Part shown: positions 1-9,194 of the stretch, one piece after another | Layout: each line of letters begins with the position of its first letter | How positions within the stretch are numbered: position 1 is the first letter of the stretch | From: an uncultured Acidobacteriota bacterium | Lineage (GTDB): Bacteria > Acidobacteriota > Thermoanaerobaculia > Gp7-AA8 | Direction of reading: 5' to 3' | NCBI GenBank assembly: GCA_963741955.1 | Contig: CAVUKB010000005.1 | Span: 1,024,001 to 1,088,000, forward strand | DNA: 64,000 nt | Translations under genes and position numbers: made by a program | The notes under the pieces: model-generated | The model's input: only the letters and a program-made list of their open reading frames with translations | Told to the model about the DNA's origin: nothing | Databases searched by the model: none

Positions 1-553
1 TCTGGAACTCCCACTGCGCGGGCATCACCTCGGCGTTCGTCCCTTCGATCCGGATGCCGGCGCGGATGCAGGCGTCGCGGTGCGCTTCGACGATCGGCCG
101 GCCGTAAACCTCGTCCACGCCGACCCCGCAGTAGTAGCCGCCCTGAGGCGCGGGGAAGCCTCTCTCCGGCCAGTTCAGCGGATTGTTGCCTTCGAAGAGG
201 GTGTACTCCTGTTCGATTCCGAACAGCGGCTCGTGCGATCCGTGTTTCTCCGAGACTGCCCGCAGATGCGCGCGCGTGTTGCTCCAATGGACCGACCCAT
301 CCGGGTTGAGGACTTCGCAAAGCACCAGAACGTCGTCTTCCCCGTGCAGCGGATCCTTGATGAAGCGGACCGGTCGAAGAAGGAGATCGCTGAAGTGCCC
401 TTCCGCCTGATAGGTGCTCGAACCGTCGAATCCCCAGTCCGGAATCTGTTCCAGCCTGGTGATCGGACCGTCGAGGAACTTCGTCTTCGACCTCAGTTTC
501 GCGGTTGGTTTCTGCCCGTCGATCCAGATGTATTCTGCCGTGATCATCGCCAC
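1..553 (-). CDS. glnII: Glutamine synthetase type II (eukaryote-like GSII), 5' part; runs off the window edge
   Basis: Not in the ORF track. Manual minus-strand translation from GTG 553 (RBS AGGAGG) gives MAMITAEYIWIDGQKPTAKLRSKTK...FGIEQEYTLF...PQGGYYCGVG...IEGTNAEVMPAQWEFQ, which are hallmark GSII motifs. Confidence 0.93.
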   Translation of the reverse strand, partial: MAMITAEYIWIDGQKPTAKLRSKTKFLDGPITRLEQIPDWGFDGSSTYQAEGHFSDLLLRPVRFIKDPLHGEDDVLVLCEVLNPDGSVHWSNTRAHLRAVSEKHGSHEPLFGIEQEYTLFEGNNPLNWPERGFPAPQGGYYCGVGVDEVYGRPIVEAHRDACIRAGIRIEGTNAEVMPAQWEFQ

Positions 554-697
554 TGGAGCCTCCTCGCTGCGCCTTCGTCTCGACTTTGAACGGATAAGAT
601 AGTCAAGCCTCGCCGCCGGGACAACCTTTCTTTTCGTTCATCACCCGGACGGTCCGGCCCGACGACAAAATCACACCTGACTCCGCGTACCGCCGCC

Positions 698-1858
698 TCA
701 CCTGCGAGACGACCCGGCCTTCGGCGCGGGAAACGGCATCCTGGCGTCCGCGACGTAGACCTGGTTCCTGCCATCGTTCTTGGCCTGGTACATCGCCGTA
801 TCGGCGAGCCTGAGAAGGTCGTTCTTCTTCTGCTCACTCGATCCCGAGTCCTTCCCCGGATCGTAGAAGGCGACGCCGATGGATGCGGAGACGACCCCGC
901 GAAGGAAGAGTGGCGGGAGTCCGAAGCCGTATTCCGTGGAGAGAAACGTGTTGCCTGCGATGCTCTCCCGGATCCGCTCCGCGGCGACGAGGCCGGCCTC
1001 GAGCCCGTCATGAAGGATCATCACGAACTCGTCGCCGCCATACCGCGAGATGATCGCATCGGCGTCTACGAACTCCCGTTTGAGGAGAAGTCCGGTTTCC
1101 CGCAGCACCTGGCTTCCGGCCAGATGACCGTGGTGGTCGTTGACGTCCTTGAAGTGGTCGAGGTCCATGAACATCAGCACGAAGCCGTTCCCGCTGCGGT
1201 CGGCGTCGCAGACCGACTGGTCGAGACAGACGTGGAACCATCGATCGTTGTAAAGGCCGGTCAGATCGTCGCGGCGTGCGAGCTCCTGCGCCCGTCGCGC
1301 ATCGAGCGCGTTCTGAAGCATGAACGACGTGTAGCCCGCGAAGATCTCGAGGAGAGTCATGTCCCGCTCGGTGAACACCCGCCCGTCGCTCCGGTTGATC
1401 AGCTCCAGCACTCCGCAGACGTGCTTTCCGATGTACACCGGAACGCAGACGATCGAATGCGTCTGGTACCCGATCTGTTCGTCGATGTCGGGATAGAAGT
1501 GCCGATCCCTTCTCACATCGGGAGAGAGATACGGCGTCCCCGATTCGTAGACTTTCCCCGCAATCCCTTCGTTTCCGGAGAGCCGCTGCCCGATCAGGTT
1601 CCCGCTTCCCTCGCCGAACGTGGCGACGAAAACGAGCTCGTTCTGCTCCCTTCGCGCCGTCTTGTTCACCGGATCATCGAGAAGGATCGAGCCGGACTCG
1701 GATGGGACGAACTCCCACGCCCGCTGGAGGACCTGGCGGAGGACGATGTCGAGATCGATCTCGTTCGTCAGTGCCACGGAAGCCTTCTGCCGCTCCAGGA
1801 AGCGCAGCAGGTCCGGAGGCGCAAGCGAGTGAGTATTGATCATCCGGGGCGATCCCAA
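698..1858 (-). CDS. GAF sensor diguanylate cyclase (GAF + GGDEF)
   Basis: GAF-like N-terminus (SIVCVPV, GVLELIN); DLTGLYN, DLDHFKDVND, SRYGGDEF and ADTAMYQAKNDGRN motifs. The start may be ATG 1843. Confidence 0.92.
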   Translation of the reverse strand: MGSPRMINTHSLAPPDLLRFLERQKASVALTNEIDLDIVLRQVLQRAWEFVPSESGSILLDDPVNKTARREQNELVFVATFGEGSGNLIGQRLSGNEGIAGKVYESGTPYLSPDVRRDRHFYPDIDEQIGYQTHSIVCVPVYIGKHVCGVLELINRSDGRVFTERDMTLLEIFAGYTSFMLQNALDARRAQELARRDDLTGLYNDRWFHVCLDQSVCDADRSGNGFVLMFMDLDHFKDVNDHHGHLAGSQVLRETGLLLKREFVDADAIISRYGGDEFVMILHDGLEAGLVAAERIRESIAGNTFLSTEYGFGLPPLFLRGVVSASIGVAFYDPGKDSGSSEQKKNDLLRLADTAMYQAKNDGRNQVYVADARMPFPAPKAGSSRR

Positions 1859-1876
1859 CTGTCGAGGATGCCGGAA

Positions 1877-2287
1877 TTATAAGGTCTTTTCTTTTCCAGC
1901 GGCACGTCGCTCCGCCATGGCGGCCTCGACCTCGAAGCTGATCGCCGCGTACGCAGCCGCGGGAGGGAGTCTCCGCAGGCGGTTGCGGACGTATTCGAAC
2001 AGGTAGCGCACGAGAAAACGGATCAGGCCCAGCCGCCGCGCCTGCTCCACGTGCACGAGCTCGTGCCGGAGGATCTCCGTCGATCCCGCCCGGAGAAGCG
2101 AGACCGCCTCGCCTGACAGATAGATCCGCCTTCCGAGCGTGATGGCGAGGACGCCGCGACGGAGAAGAGGAGAAAGCCACCAGGGATACCCGGGATGAAC
2201 GATCGCGCCGAGATCGCGGATCGACCGTAGCAGCACCTCGGGAAAATCGAGAGCGAATCTGCCTGTCGAGATCTCCATCACCGCCAA
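1877..2287 (-). CDS. DUF4157-like HExxH small protein
   Basis: AITLGRRIYL, ILRHELVHVEQ and ISFEVEA pattern. Confidence 0.65.
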   Translation of the reverse strand: MAVMEISTGRFALDFPEVLLRSIRDLGAIVHPGYPWWLSPLLRRGVLAITLGRRIYLSGEAVSLLRAGSTEILRHELVHVEQARRLGLIRFLVRYLFEYVRNRLRRLPPAAAYAAISFEVEAAMAERRAAGKEKTL

Positions 2288-2463
2288 TCCACGTCACCGT
2301 GCATCATACGGGGATCGGAGCTCGTGCACGAGCTCCGGCGCCTCCGGCGCGGAGTATCGGCATCGAGATCCCGGCCCGATCAGGGCCCCGAAAAATGGCG
2401 AAGCCGGTGCCGGGACCGGGAACCCCGATCAGTCGCGTGCGCGAAGCTGCGATCCCGCGCGGA

Positions 2464-2904
2464 TCAGTACCTCACGCCGACGCCGATCACGAAGCGGTTC
2501 TCGTTCGCGAAGACGCCCTTGGCCTGCACGTACGGGACGAACGCGCCGGCTCTGATACCGGCACCCGCGAGGACGTTGGCCACCAGGTCCGTGCCGTCGC
2601 CTACCAGCGCGCCGATTCCCCCGCCGCCCCAGAAGAACGTGTTCGAGCGGGTGGGAAAGTCGTAGTGAAGATCCGCGTTGATGGTCAGGTAGTCGTTGTT
2701 CGCGGCGACGTATTCGACGTTCGGGTTGAAGAAGATGTTGCGTGCGACCGGAGTGATCGCCTCGACTCCGACGAACGTGTCGGTCCCGCCGTCCATGTAC
2801 GCGCCGACTCGGGCGCCCCAGTGAACCTGTGCCTGCGCGGTCGCGGTACCGAAAACGAGGACCGCAGCAACGGCCATGAGGGTAAGGGATAACGATTTAC
2901 GCAT
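2464..2904 (-). CDS. Small outer-membrane beta-barrel protein
   Basis: Signal peptide MRKSLSLTLMAVAAVLVFGTATAQA, alternating beta-strands, C-terminal aromatic (GVGVRY); RBS GGAGGT before ATG 2904. Confidence 0.8.
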   Translation of the reverse strand: MRKSLSLTLMAVAAVLVFGTATAQAQVHWGARVGAYMDGGTDTFVGVEAITPVARNIFFNPNVEYVAANNDYLTINADLHYDFPTRSNTFFWGGGGIGALVGDGTDLVANVLAGAGIRAGAFVPYVQAKGVFANENRFVIGVGVRY

Positions 2905-2931
2905 ATACTTCGTACCTCCGCCTTTGCATCG

Positions 2932-2947
2932 AGCAAGAGACACGCCA
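2932..2947 (-). promoter_or_regulatory. Putative sigma54 (-24/-12) promoter of the OMP gene
   Basis: Minus strand TGGCGTGTCTCTTGCT = GG-N10-GC consensus spacing, ~28 nt upstream of the ATG. Confidence 0.6.
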
Positions 2948-2990
2948 GTCGGCGAAAATAACTTCCAGGCCGTCAGGAAAAGATCCGCAC

Positions 2991-3019
2991 AAAAAAAGAG
3001 CGAGCCGCGCGGCTCGCTC
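2991..3019 (-). terminator. Intrinsic terminator downstream of the FmdB-family gene
   Basis: GAGCGAGCC-GCGC-GGCTCGCTC hairpin followed by T7 on the minus strand. Confidence 0.85.
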
Positions 3020-3029
3020 TCTCGTCAGG

Positions 3030-3054
3030 AACAGCCCCGGCCCCCGGAGCTGCC
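3030..3054 (-). promoter_or_regulatory. Candidate bacterial SECIS element
   Basis: Hairpin GGCAGCTCCGG-GGG-CCGGGGCTGTT starting 6 nt after the in-frame UGA (3061-3063); the G-rich apical loop lies ~17 nt from the UGA. Confidence 0.55.
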
Positions 3055-3060
3055 CACGCC

Positions 3061-3252
3061 TCAGCCACCGCTGAATCGCGGCGCCGGAGCACGTTTCGAA
3101 CCGCTCCCACCTCCGTGGCCGACCGCGAAGGTCGACATCAGCCGGCGGAGATCTCGGCTCTCACAACGGGGACAGGCCGCCTTGGCGTCACCCATGACGA
3201 CGGCCTCGAAGGCCTCCCCGCAATCGCTGCAGACGTATTCGAAAAGCGGCAT
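3061..3252 (-). CDS. FmdB-family zinc-ribbon protein (probably extends to 3025 by Sec readthrough)
   Basis: MPLFEYVCSDCG...CPRCES..LRRLMSTFA with two CxxC motifs; RBS GAGGAG before ATG 3252. Confidence 0.88.
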   Translation of the reverse strand: MPLFEYVCSDCGEAFEAVVMGDAKAACPRCESRDLRRLMSTFAVGHGGGSGSKRAPAPRFSGG

Positions 3253-3361
3253 ATCACTCCTCACTCATGCAGTTGACCATGATAATCTCGATTCGCCCCG
3301 ATCTCTTCCCGATTCGCGACGAAGTCGCCTTTCGCAATTCTGCATTCGTTTCGTCACCTGA

Positions 3362-3481
3362 ACCCGCATTTCTCACACCATCTCTGCTGCGGAGCCGGAG
3401 AGCGGCCTGTCTGCTGCGTTGAGCCCCTCTTCCAGGCCACTCTCCGCCTCCTCGCGACGAGATGCTGTGAGAAATGCGGGT
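3362..3481. mobile_element. MITE copy 1 (internally deleted)
   Basis: Terminal inverted repeats ACCCGCATTTCTCACA...TGTGAGAAATGCGGGT; internal sequence shared with 23755-23933 and 63710-63888. Confidence 0.8.
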
Positions 3482-3579
3482 TAATCGCTCCCGCACGTGA
3501 TAGCTTTTCCTTTTGGAAAGGCCGGGGTCGCCTCCGGCGGAGTCCAGCACCTCACCAAATCGTCCTTCAGGAGAGATCC

Positions 3580-6417
3580 ATGTCCGCAAGAAAGCTGTTC
3601 GCGGCAGTTCTGTTGATCCTCGCGCCGGTCGTGCTCGCCGCCGCTCCTCCGAGCGGCAGCGGCGAGGTCTTCCCCTTCAAGATGACCGAGAAGACCCTTC
3701 CGAACGGACTGAAAGTCATCGTCGTCCCGACCGGGTTCCCCAACATCGTCTCCGTCCAGATCCCGGTCCAGACCGGCTCACGCAACGAGGTCGAGCCCGG
3801 AAAATCGGGATTCGCCCACTTCTTCGAGCACATGATGTTTCGAGGGACGAAGGCCTATCCCGCGGAGCGGTACAACGAGATCGTCACCCGGACCGGCGCC
3901 CAGCAGAACGCCTACACCACCGACGACTACACCAACTTCCACACCACGTTCTCGAGGGACGACCTCGAGACCATCCTGAAGATCGAGGCCGACCGCTTCC
4001 AGAACCTCGACTACTCTCTCCAGGACTTCAAGACCGAGTCCCGCGCGGTCCTCGGCGAATACAACAAGAACAGCGCGAATCCCATCCGGAAGCTGATGGA
4101 AGTCGAGCGCGATCACGCGTTCACCCGCCACACCTACAAACACACCACCATGGGCTTCCTCCGCGACATCGAGGACATGCCGAACCAGTTCGACTACTCG
4201 AAGACCTTCTTCGACCGCTGGTATCGCCCGGAATACGTGACGGTGATCGTCGCCGGCGACGTCGATCCGGAGAAGGTCATCCCCCTGGTCGAAAAGTACT
4301 GGGGCGGCTGGAAGCGCGGAAGCTTCAAGGCCGAGATCCCGCAGGAGCCTCCCTCCACCGCGCCCGTCTACACCCACATCGACTGGCCCTCGCCGACGCT
4401 CCCCTATGTCGCGGTCGGATTCCACGGCCCGGCATTCTCCGACCACGATAAGGATTGGGCGGCCGTCTCCACCCTCTTCGATCTCGCGTTCGGGCCGACC
4501 TCGGATCTCTACAAGAAACTCGTCGAAAAGGAACAGAAGGTCGATCAGTTCTTCGGCTACGTTCCGATGAATGCCGACCCCTCTCTGGTCTCCGTCTTCG
4601 CCCGGGTGAAGGATCCGGCGGACGCGGTCCACGTCCGCGACGAGATCCTCGCGACGTTCGCGAAGATCCGCAGCATCAAACTCCCCGCCGCAGCAGTCGC
4701 CGCCGCCGAAGACAACGCGCGATTCTCGTTCGTGCGGAATCTCGACAACACCGACTCGATCGCCGCAGAGCTCGCGAGCTACGTCCGCGTCGCGCGCTCC
4801 GGCGCCACCATCAACAACTACTTCCGCACCATGAGCGCACTCACTCCCGACGACCTGCTCGCCATCGCGCGGAAGTACTTCGTCGACGACTCGCTCGTCG
4901 TGACCACGCTGTCGAAGGACCCACTCCCCGAATCGATGAGCAAGCTTCCCCTCCTCGCCGATCTCGTCCCGGCCGCCGCGCCGGCGACCGAGATCACCAT
5001 CGTCACGCAGAAGTCTCCCCTTCCTCTGGTCGACGTGAAGCTCCTCTTCACCGCCGGATCGGCCGATGATCCTCCCGGGAAAGAAGGACTCGCAACCCTC
5101 GCCGCCTCGATGATCTCCGACTCGGGGTCGAAGGAAATGACCATCAACGAGATCCGGAAGGCTCTCTATCCGATGGCGGGCGATTTCGTCTCGCAGGTCG
5201 ACAAGGAGATGACCACCTTCACCGCGAGCGTTCACCGGGACAAACTGGACGAATTCCTCGGGATCGTTCTCCCGATGCTCCTCGATCCGGGCTTCCGGGA
5301 AGAAGACTTCAAGCGGATTCGCGACACCCAGCTCAACGCTCTGACGCAGAACCTCCGGTCGAACAACGAGGAAGAGCTCGGAAAAGAAGAGCTCCAGTCG
5401 GTCGTCTTCGCCGGCACCCCATATGCGCATACCCCGCTCGGCACCGAGGCCGGCCTGAAATCGATCACCCTCGACGACGTGAAGAATTTCGTCCGTGAGG
5501 CGTACACACGCGGGAACCTGATGGTCGGAATCGCGGGAGACTACCCCGACGATCTCGCCGGCCGGCTCTCCACCGCACTCGCGCGACTCCCCGAGGCCCC
5601 CGGACTGGCCAGGCGGGGAACGATCAACGGCCACACTCCGAACGGCCCCGAAGTCACCATCGTGAAGAAGGACACCCGGGCGACGGCGATCTCGCTCGGT
5701 TTCCCGATCGACGTCCGTCGCGGCGATCCCGACTTCGCCGCGCTCTGGCTCGCCCGCTCCTGGCTCGGAGAGCACCGCTCGTCGATGTCCCATCTCTATC
5801 AGAGGATCCGCGAGATCCGGGGGATGAACTACGGCGACTATGCATACATCGAAGCCTTCCCGCGCGGGATGTTTCAGTTCTTCCCCGATCCGAACCTCGG
5901 GCGGCGCGCGCAGCTGTTCGAGATCTGGATCCGGCCGGTGGCTCCCGAAAATGGACACATGGCCCTCCGGATCGCGCTCCACGAGCTCGGGAAGATGATC
6001 GACGACGGGCTGACGCAGGACGAGTTCGAGACCACCCGCGATTACCTGATGAAGAACGTCTTCGTGATGACCGCGACCCAGGACCAGCAGCTCGGCTACG
6101 CGCTCGACTCGAAGTGGTACGGCATTCCGGAGTTCACGAGCTACATGCGCGGCGCCCTCTCGAAGCTCACCCTCGACGACGTCAACCGCGCGATCCGGAA
6201 GCATCTCTCCGCGAAGAACGTCTCGATCGTCATCATCACCAAGGACGCCGAGGGACTGAAGCAGAAACTCGTCAGCGATGAGATCTCACCCATCCACTAC
6301 GATGCGGAGAAACCGCAGTCGCTGCTCGACGAGGACAAGGTCATCGGTGCGATGAAGCTCGGCATCACGCCGGAGAAGGTCACCATCGTGCCGGTGGACG
6401 AGGTCTTCGCGCGATAA
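3580..6417 (+). CDS. M16 family (pitrilysin-like) zinc protease, two-module fusion, secreted
   Basis: Signal peptide; GSRNE..GKSGFAHFFEHMMFRGT (inverted HxxEH), NAYT; second M16 module with PGKEGLA. Confidence 0.93.
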   Translation: MSARKLFAAVLLILAPVVLAAAPPSGSGEVFPFKMTEKTLPNGLKVIVVPTGFPNIVSVQIPVQTGSRNEVEPGKSGFAHFFEHMMFRGTKAYPAERYNEIVTRTGAQQNAYTTDDYTNFHTTFSRDDLETILKIEADRFQNLDYSLQDFKTESRAVLGEYNKNSANPIRKLMEVERDHAFTRHTYKHTTMGFLRDIEDMPNQFDYSKTFFDRWYRPEYVTVIVAGDVDPEKVIPLVEKYWGGWKRGSFKAEIPQEPPSTAPVYTHIDWPSPTLPYVAVGFHGPAFSDHDKDWAAVSTLFDLAFGPTSDLYKKLVEKEQKVDQFFGYVPMNADPSLVSVFARVKDPADAVHVRDEILATFAKIRSIKLPAAAVAAAEDNARFSFVRNLDNTDSIAAELASYVRVARSGATINNYFRTMSALTPDDLLAIARKYFVDDSLVVTTLSKDPLPESMSKLPLLADLVPAAAPATEITIVTQKSPLPLVDVKLLFTAGSADDPPGKEGLATLAASMISDSGSKEMTINEIRKALYPMAGDFVSQVDKEMTTFTASVHRDKLDEFLGIVLPMLLDPGFREEDFKRIRDTQLNALTQNLRSNNEEELGKEELQSVVFAGTPYAHTPLGTEAGLKSITLDDVKNFVREAYTRGNLMVGIAGDYPDDLAGRLSTALARLPEAPGLARRGTINGHTPNGPEVTIVKKDTRATAISLGFPIDVRRGDPDFAALWLARSWLGEHRSSMSHLYQRIREIRGMNYGDYAYIEAFPRGMFQFFPDPNLGRRAQLFEIWIRPVAPENGHMALRIALHELGKMIDDGLTQDEFETTRDYLMKNVFVMTATQDQQLGYALDSKWYGIPEFTSYMRGALSKLTLDDVNRAIRKHLSAKNVSIVIITKDAEGLKQKLVSDEISPIHYDAEKPQSLLDEDKVIGAMKLGITPEKVTIVPVDEVFAR

Positions 6418-6466
6418 ACCCCATTCGTGTCCCCGGGCTCCGGATTCGTTCTGGCGCCCGGGAAGC

Positions 6467-6491
6467 ATTTCGGATTTCGGATTTCGGATTT
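6467..6491. repeat. Heptamer tandem repeat (ATTTCGG)x3.5
   Basis: Direct reading. Confidence 0.85.
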
Positions 6492-6507
6492 GAGGGGCAC
6501 GGGCTTC

Positions 6508-8333
6508 CGCGACTCGCGCAAGAACCCTCGTGCCGCCCGCGCGACTCACGACCTTCAGACACCGCATCCCATGTACGGTGCTCACCCCCCCCGCGAGATC
6601 TCCCTCTCTCCCCGCCCGGGGTCACGTCTTCAGCCGACACTCGCCCTTCGGGGAGAGGGAAGGGTGAGGGGCATCCCCGTAAATCGGCTGCCGCAACTCG
6701 CGCAAGACACCTCGTGCCACCCGCGCCACCCACGACCTTCAGCCACCGCATCCCATATACGGCACTCACCCCCCTCGCGACGCCACCCTCTCCCCGTCCG
6801 GGGTCACGTCTTCAGCCGACGCTCGTCCTTCGGGGAGAGGGAAGGGTGAGGGGCATCCCCGTGAATCGGCAGCCGCGACTTGCGACAAAACCCCTCGTGC
6901 CACCCGCGCGACCCACGACCTTCAGCCACCGCATCCCATGTACGGCGCTCATCCCCCTCGCGACGCCACCCTCTCCCCGTCCGGGGTCACGTCTTCAGTC
7001 CACGCTCGTCCTTCGGGGAGAGGGAAGGGTGAGGGGCATCCCCGTAGATCGCAGCCGCAACTCGCGCAAGAACCCTCGTGCCACCCCCGCGACCCACGAC
7101 CTTCAGCCACCGCCATCCCATGTACGGCACTCACCCCCCTCGCGACGCCACCCTCTCCCCGTCCGGAATCACGTCTTCAGCCGACACTCGTCCTTCGGGG
7201 AGAGGGAAGGGTGAGGGGCATCCCCGTAGATCGCAGCCGCAACTCGCGCAAGGCACCCTCGTGCCATATGCGCAACCCACGACCTTCAGCCACCGCATCC
7301 CATATACGGCACTCACCTCCCTCGCGACGCCACCCTCTCCCCGTCCGGGGTCACGTCTTCAGCCGACGCTCGTCCCTCGGGGAGAGGGAAGGGTGAGGGG
7401 CATCCCCGTAAATCGGCAGCCGCGCCTTGCGCAAGACACTCCCGCGCCACTCGCACCACTCACGACCTTCAGACACCCCATCCCATGTACGGCGCTCATC
7501 CCCTCGCGAGATCTCCCCTCTCCCGTCCGGGGTCACGTCTTCAGCCGACGCTCGTCCTTCGGGGAGAGGGAAGGGTGAGGGGCATCCCCGTAGATCGCAG
7601 CCGCAACTCGCGCGGTACCCTCGAGTCACCCGCACCACCCACGACCTTCAGCCACCGCATCCCATGTACGGCGCTCATCCCCTCGCGAGATCTCCCCTCT
7701 CCCGTCCGGGGTCACGTCTTCAGCCGACGCTCGTCCTTCGGGGAGAGGGAAGGGTGAGGGGCATCCCCGTAAATCGGCTGCCGCGACTTGCGCAAGACAC
7801 TCCCGCGCCACTCGCACCACTCACGACCTTCAGACACCCCATCCCATGTACGGCACTCATCCCCCTCGCGACGCCACCCTCTCCCCGTCCGGGGTCACGT
7901 CTTCAGCCGACACTCGCCCTTCGGGGAGAGGGAAGGGTGAGGGGCATCCCCGTAGATCGCAGCCGCAACTCGCGCAAGGCACCCTCGTGCCATATGCGCA
8001 ACCCACGACCTTCAGCCACCGCATCCCATATACGGCACTCACCCCCCTCGCGACGCCACCCTCTCCCCGTCCGGGGTCACGTCTTCAGCCGACACTCGCC
8101 CTTCGGGGAGAGGGAAGGGTGAGGGGCATCACCGTAAATCGGCAGCCGCGACTTGCGACAAAAACCATCGAGCCGCGCGCGCGACCCACGACCTTCAGCC
8201 ACCGCATCCCATGTACGGCGCTCATCCCCCTCGCGAGATCTCCCCTCTCCCCGCCCGGGGTCACGTCTTCAGCCCACGCTCGTCCTTCGGGGAGAGGGAA
8301 GGGTGAGGGGCATCCCCGTAGATCGGCAGCCGC
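6508..8333. repeat. Tandem array of ten ~182-bp BoxC-like palindromic units
   Basis: Anchor CGGGGAGAGGGAAGGGTGAGGGG at 6649, 6831, 7014, 7196, 7378, 7560, 7739, 7922, 8104 and 8288 (spacing 179-184 bp). Confidence 0.95.
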
Positions 8334-8460
8334 CGTCCCTGCCGGCGCAACGGTTCGTCGTTCGGCTCCGATTCATTGGAGTATCATCAAACCGGCGACG
8401 GACCCTCTCTGACCCGCCGCTCGAACTTGAACCGTCCTCGGAGCCGGGGCAGGCAAGCCC

Positions 8461-8866
8461 TGGAGTTGACCCGTTTTCGTGGACACCTGAACATTGGGGA
8501 GGGAGTCCACGATGGGTAAAACCCGAAGACCGTATTCGGCAGATTTCAAGCGGCAGATGGTGGATTTGGTTAGGCAGGGGCGCACGCCCGAAGAGTTGTC
8601 GAGGGAGTTCGAGCCGTCGGCGCAGGCGATTCGGAACTGGGTAACGCAGGCAGATCGGGACGAAGGACGTCGCGAAGACGGGTTGACCAGCAAGGAGCGG
8701 GACGAGCTGGGGCGGCTGAGACGCGAGAACCAGCGGCTGAAGGAAGAGCGTGAGATTTAAAAAAAAGCCGCGGCCTGGTTCGCACAGGAGACCAAGGCAG
8801 CACCGAACGGATCTTCCGATTCGTGAGTGCTCACCGGGCCGAGTTTCGGATCGCCACGATGCGCCG
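8461..8866 (+). mobile_element. Truncated IS3-family element (left end, orfA, start of orfB)
   Basis: IRL-like TGGAGTTGACCCGTTTTCGTGGACAC; orfA HTH; A-run frameshift site at 8759-8767; the -1 frame gives ...IFRFVSAHRAEFRIATMRR, after which similarity ends. Confidence 0.9.
8512..8826 (+). pseudogene. IS3 transposase OrfA with a premature stop
   Basis: MGKTRRPYSADFKRQMVDLV...LRRENQRLKEEREI*KKAAAWFAQET; TAA at 8758-8760 sits where the conserved Leu of EILKKA is expected. Confidence 0.85.
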
Positions 8867-9057
8867 TTCGGGCCACGCGGTGGCGCGGTTCCTCCCGGCT
8901 CACGCCGGAGCCTGCACGAGGTGCCCCCTGCGGGCTTTTTCCCGTGCGATGACCTCCGGCCTGGAGGCGCTCGTCGCGGGTAGATCGAAAGCCTCGAATA
9001 GGGCACGACCAATGAGCTCGCACGCGTCGACGCGATCGTTCTGGCGTGAACTCCGGA

Positions 9058-9194
9058 GTTGAGACGCGAACTCGCAGCGTCGCGAGAGGCATCATCTTCG
9101 CGGTCATCCACCATCGCTCCCCGGCACGATGCCGGGGAGCTTCGCGCCAGAGGCGCGACCCACTCGGGAGCTTCGCGCCAGAGGCGCGACCCAC
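9058..9194 (-). repeat. Diverged single copy of the nhaA-flanking REP-like unit, ending in a 29-bp duplication
   Basis: CCATCGCTCCCCGGCACGATGCCGGGGAGCTTCGCGCCAGAGGCGCGACCCAC closely matches the reverse complement of the 25.8/27.8-kb unit; GGGAGCTTCGCGCCAGAGGCGCGACCCAC occurs at 9135 and 9166. Confidence 0.75.

Noticed and set aside
2464-3027. Readthrough of the second UGA (3025-3027), which would fuse the FmdB-family protein in frame to the OMP
   Set aside because: The hairpin after this UGA has a T7 tail (terminator), and the OMP has its own promoter-like site, RBS and signal peptide.
3778-6204. Long antisense or alternate-frame ORFs (e.g. 3778-6204, 8757-10583, 29894-31762, 32296-34203, 57340-60258, 57557-60043)
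   Set aside because: Shadow ORFs of well-supported genes, expected from high-GC codon bias; no recognisable motifs.
6508-8333. CRISPR array interpretation of the 182-bp repeats (also considered for 11876-12521 and 26195-26342)
   Set aside because: Units are similar along their whole length, with no unique spacers. Repeat lengths do not fit CRISPR, and there are no cas genes in the window.
6380-8412. Many overlapping 60-230 aa ORFs inside the array
   Set aside because: Unit length is mostly not a multiple of 3, frames switch between units, and the products are Pro/Arg-rich with no RBS. These are repeat artefacts.
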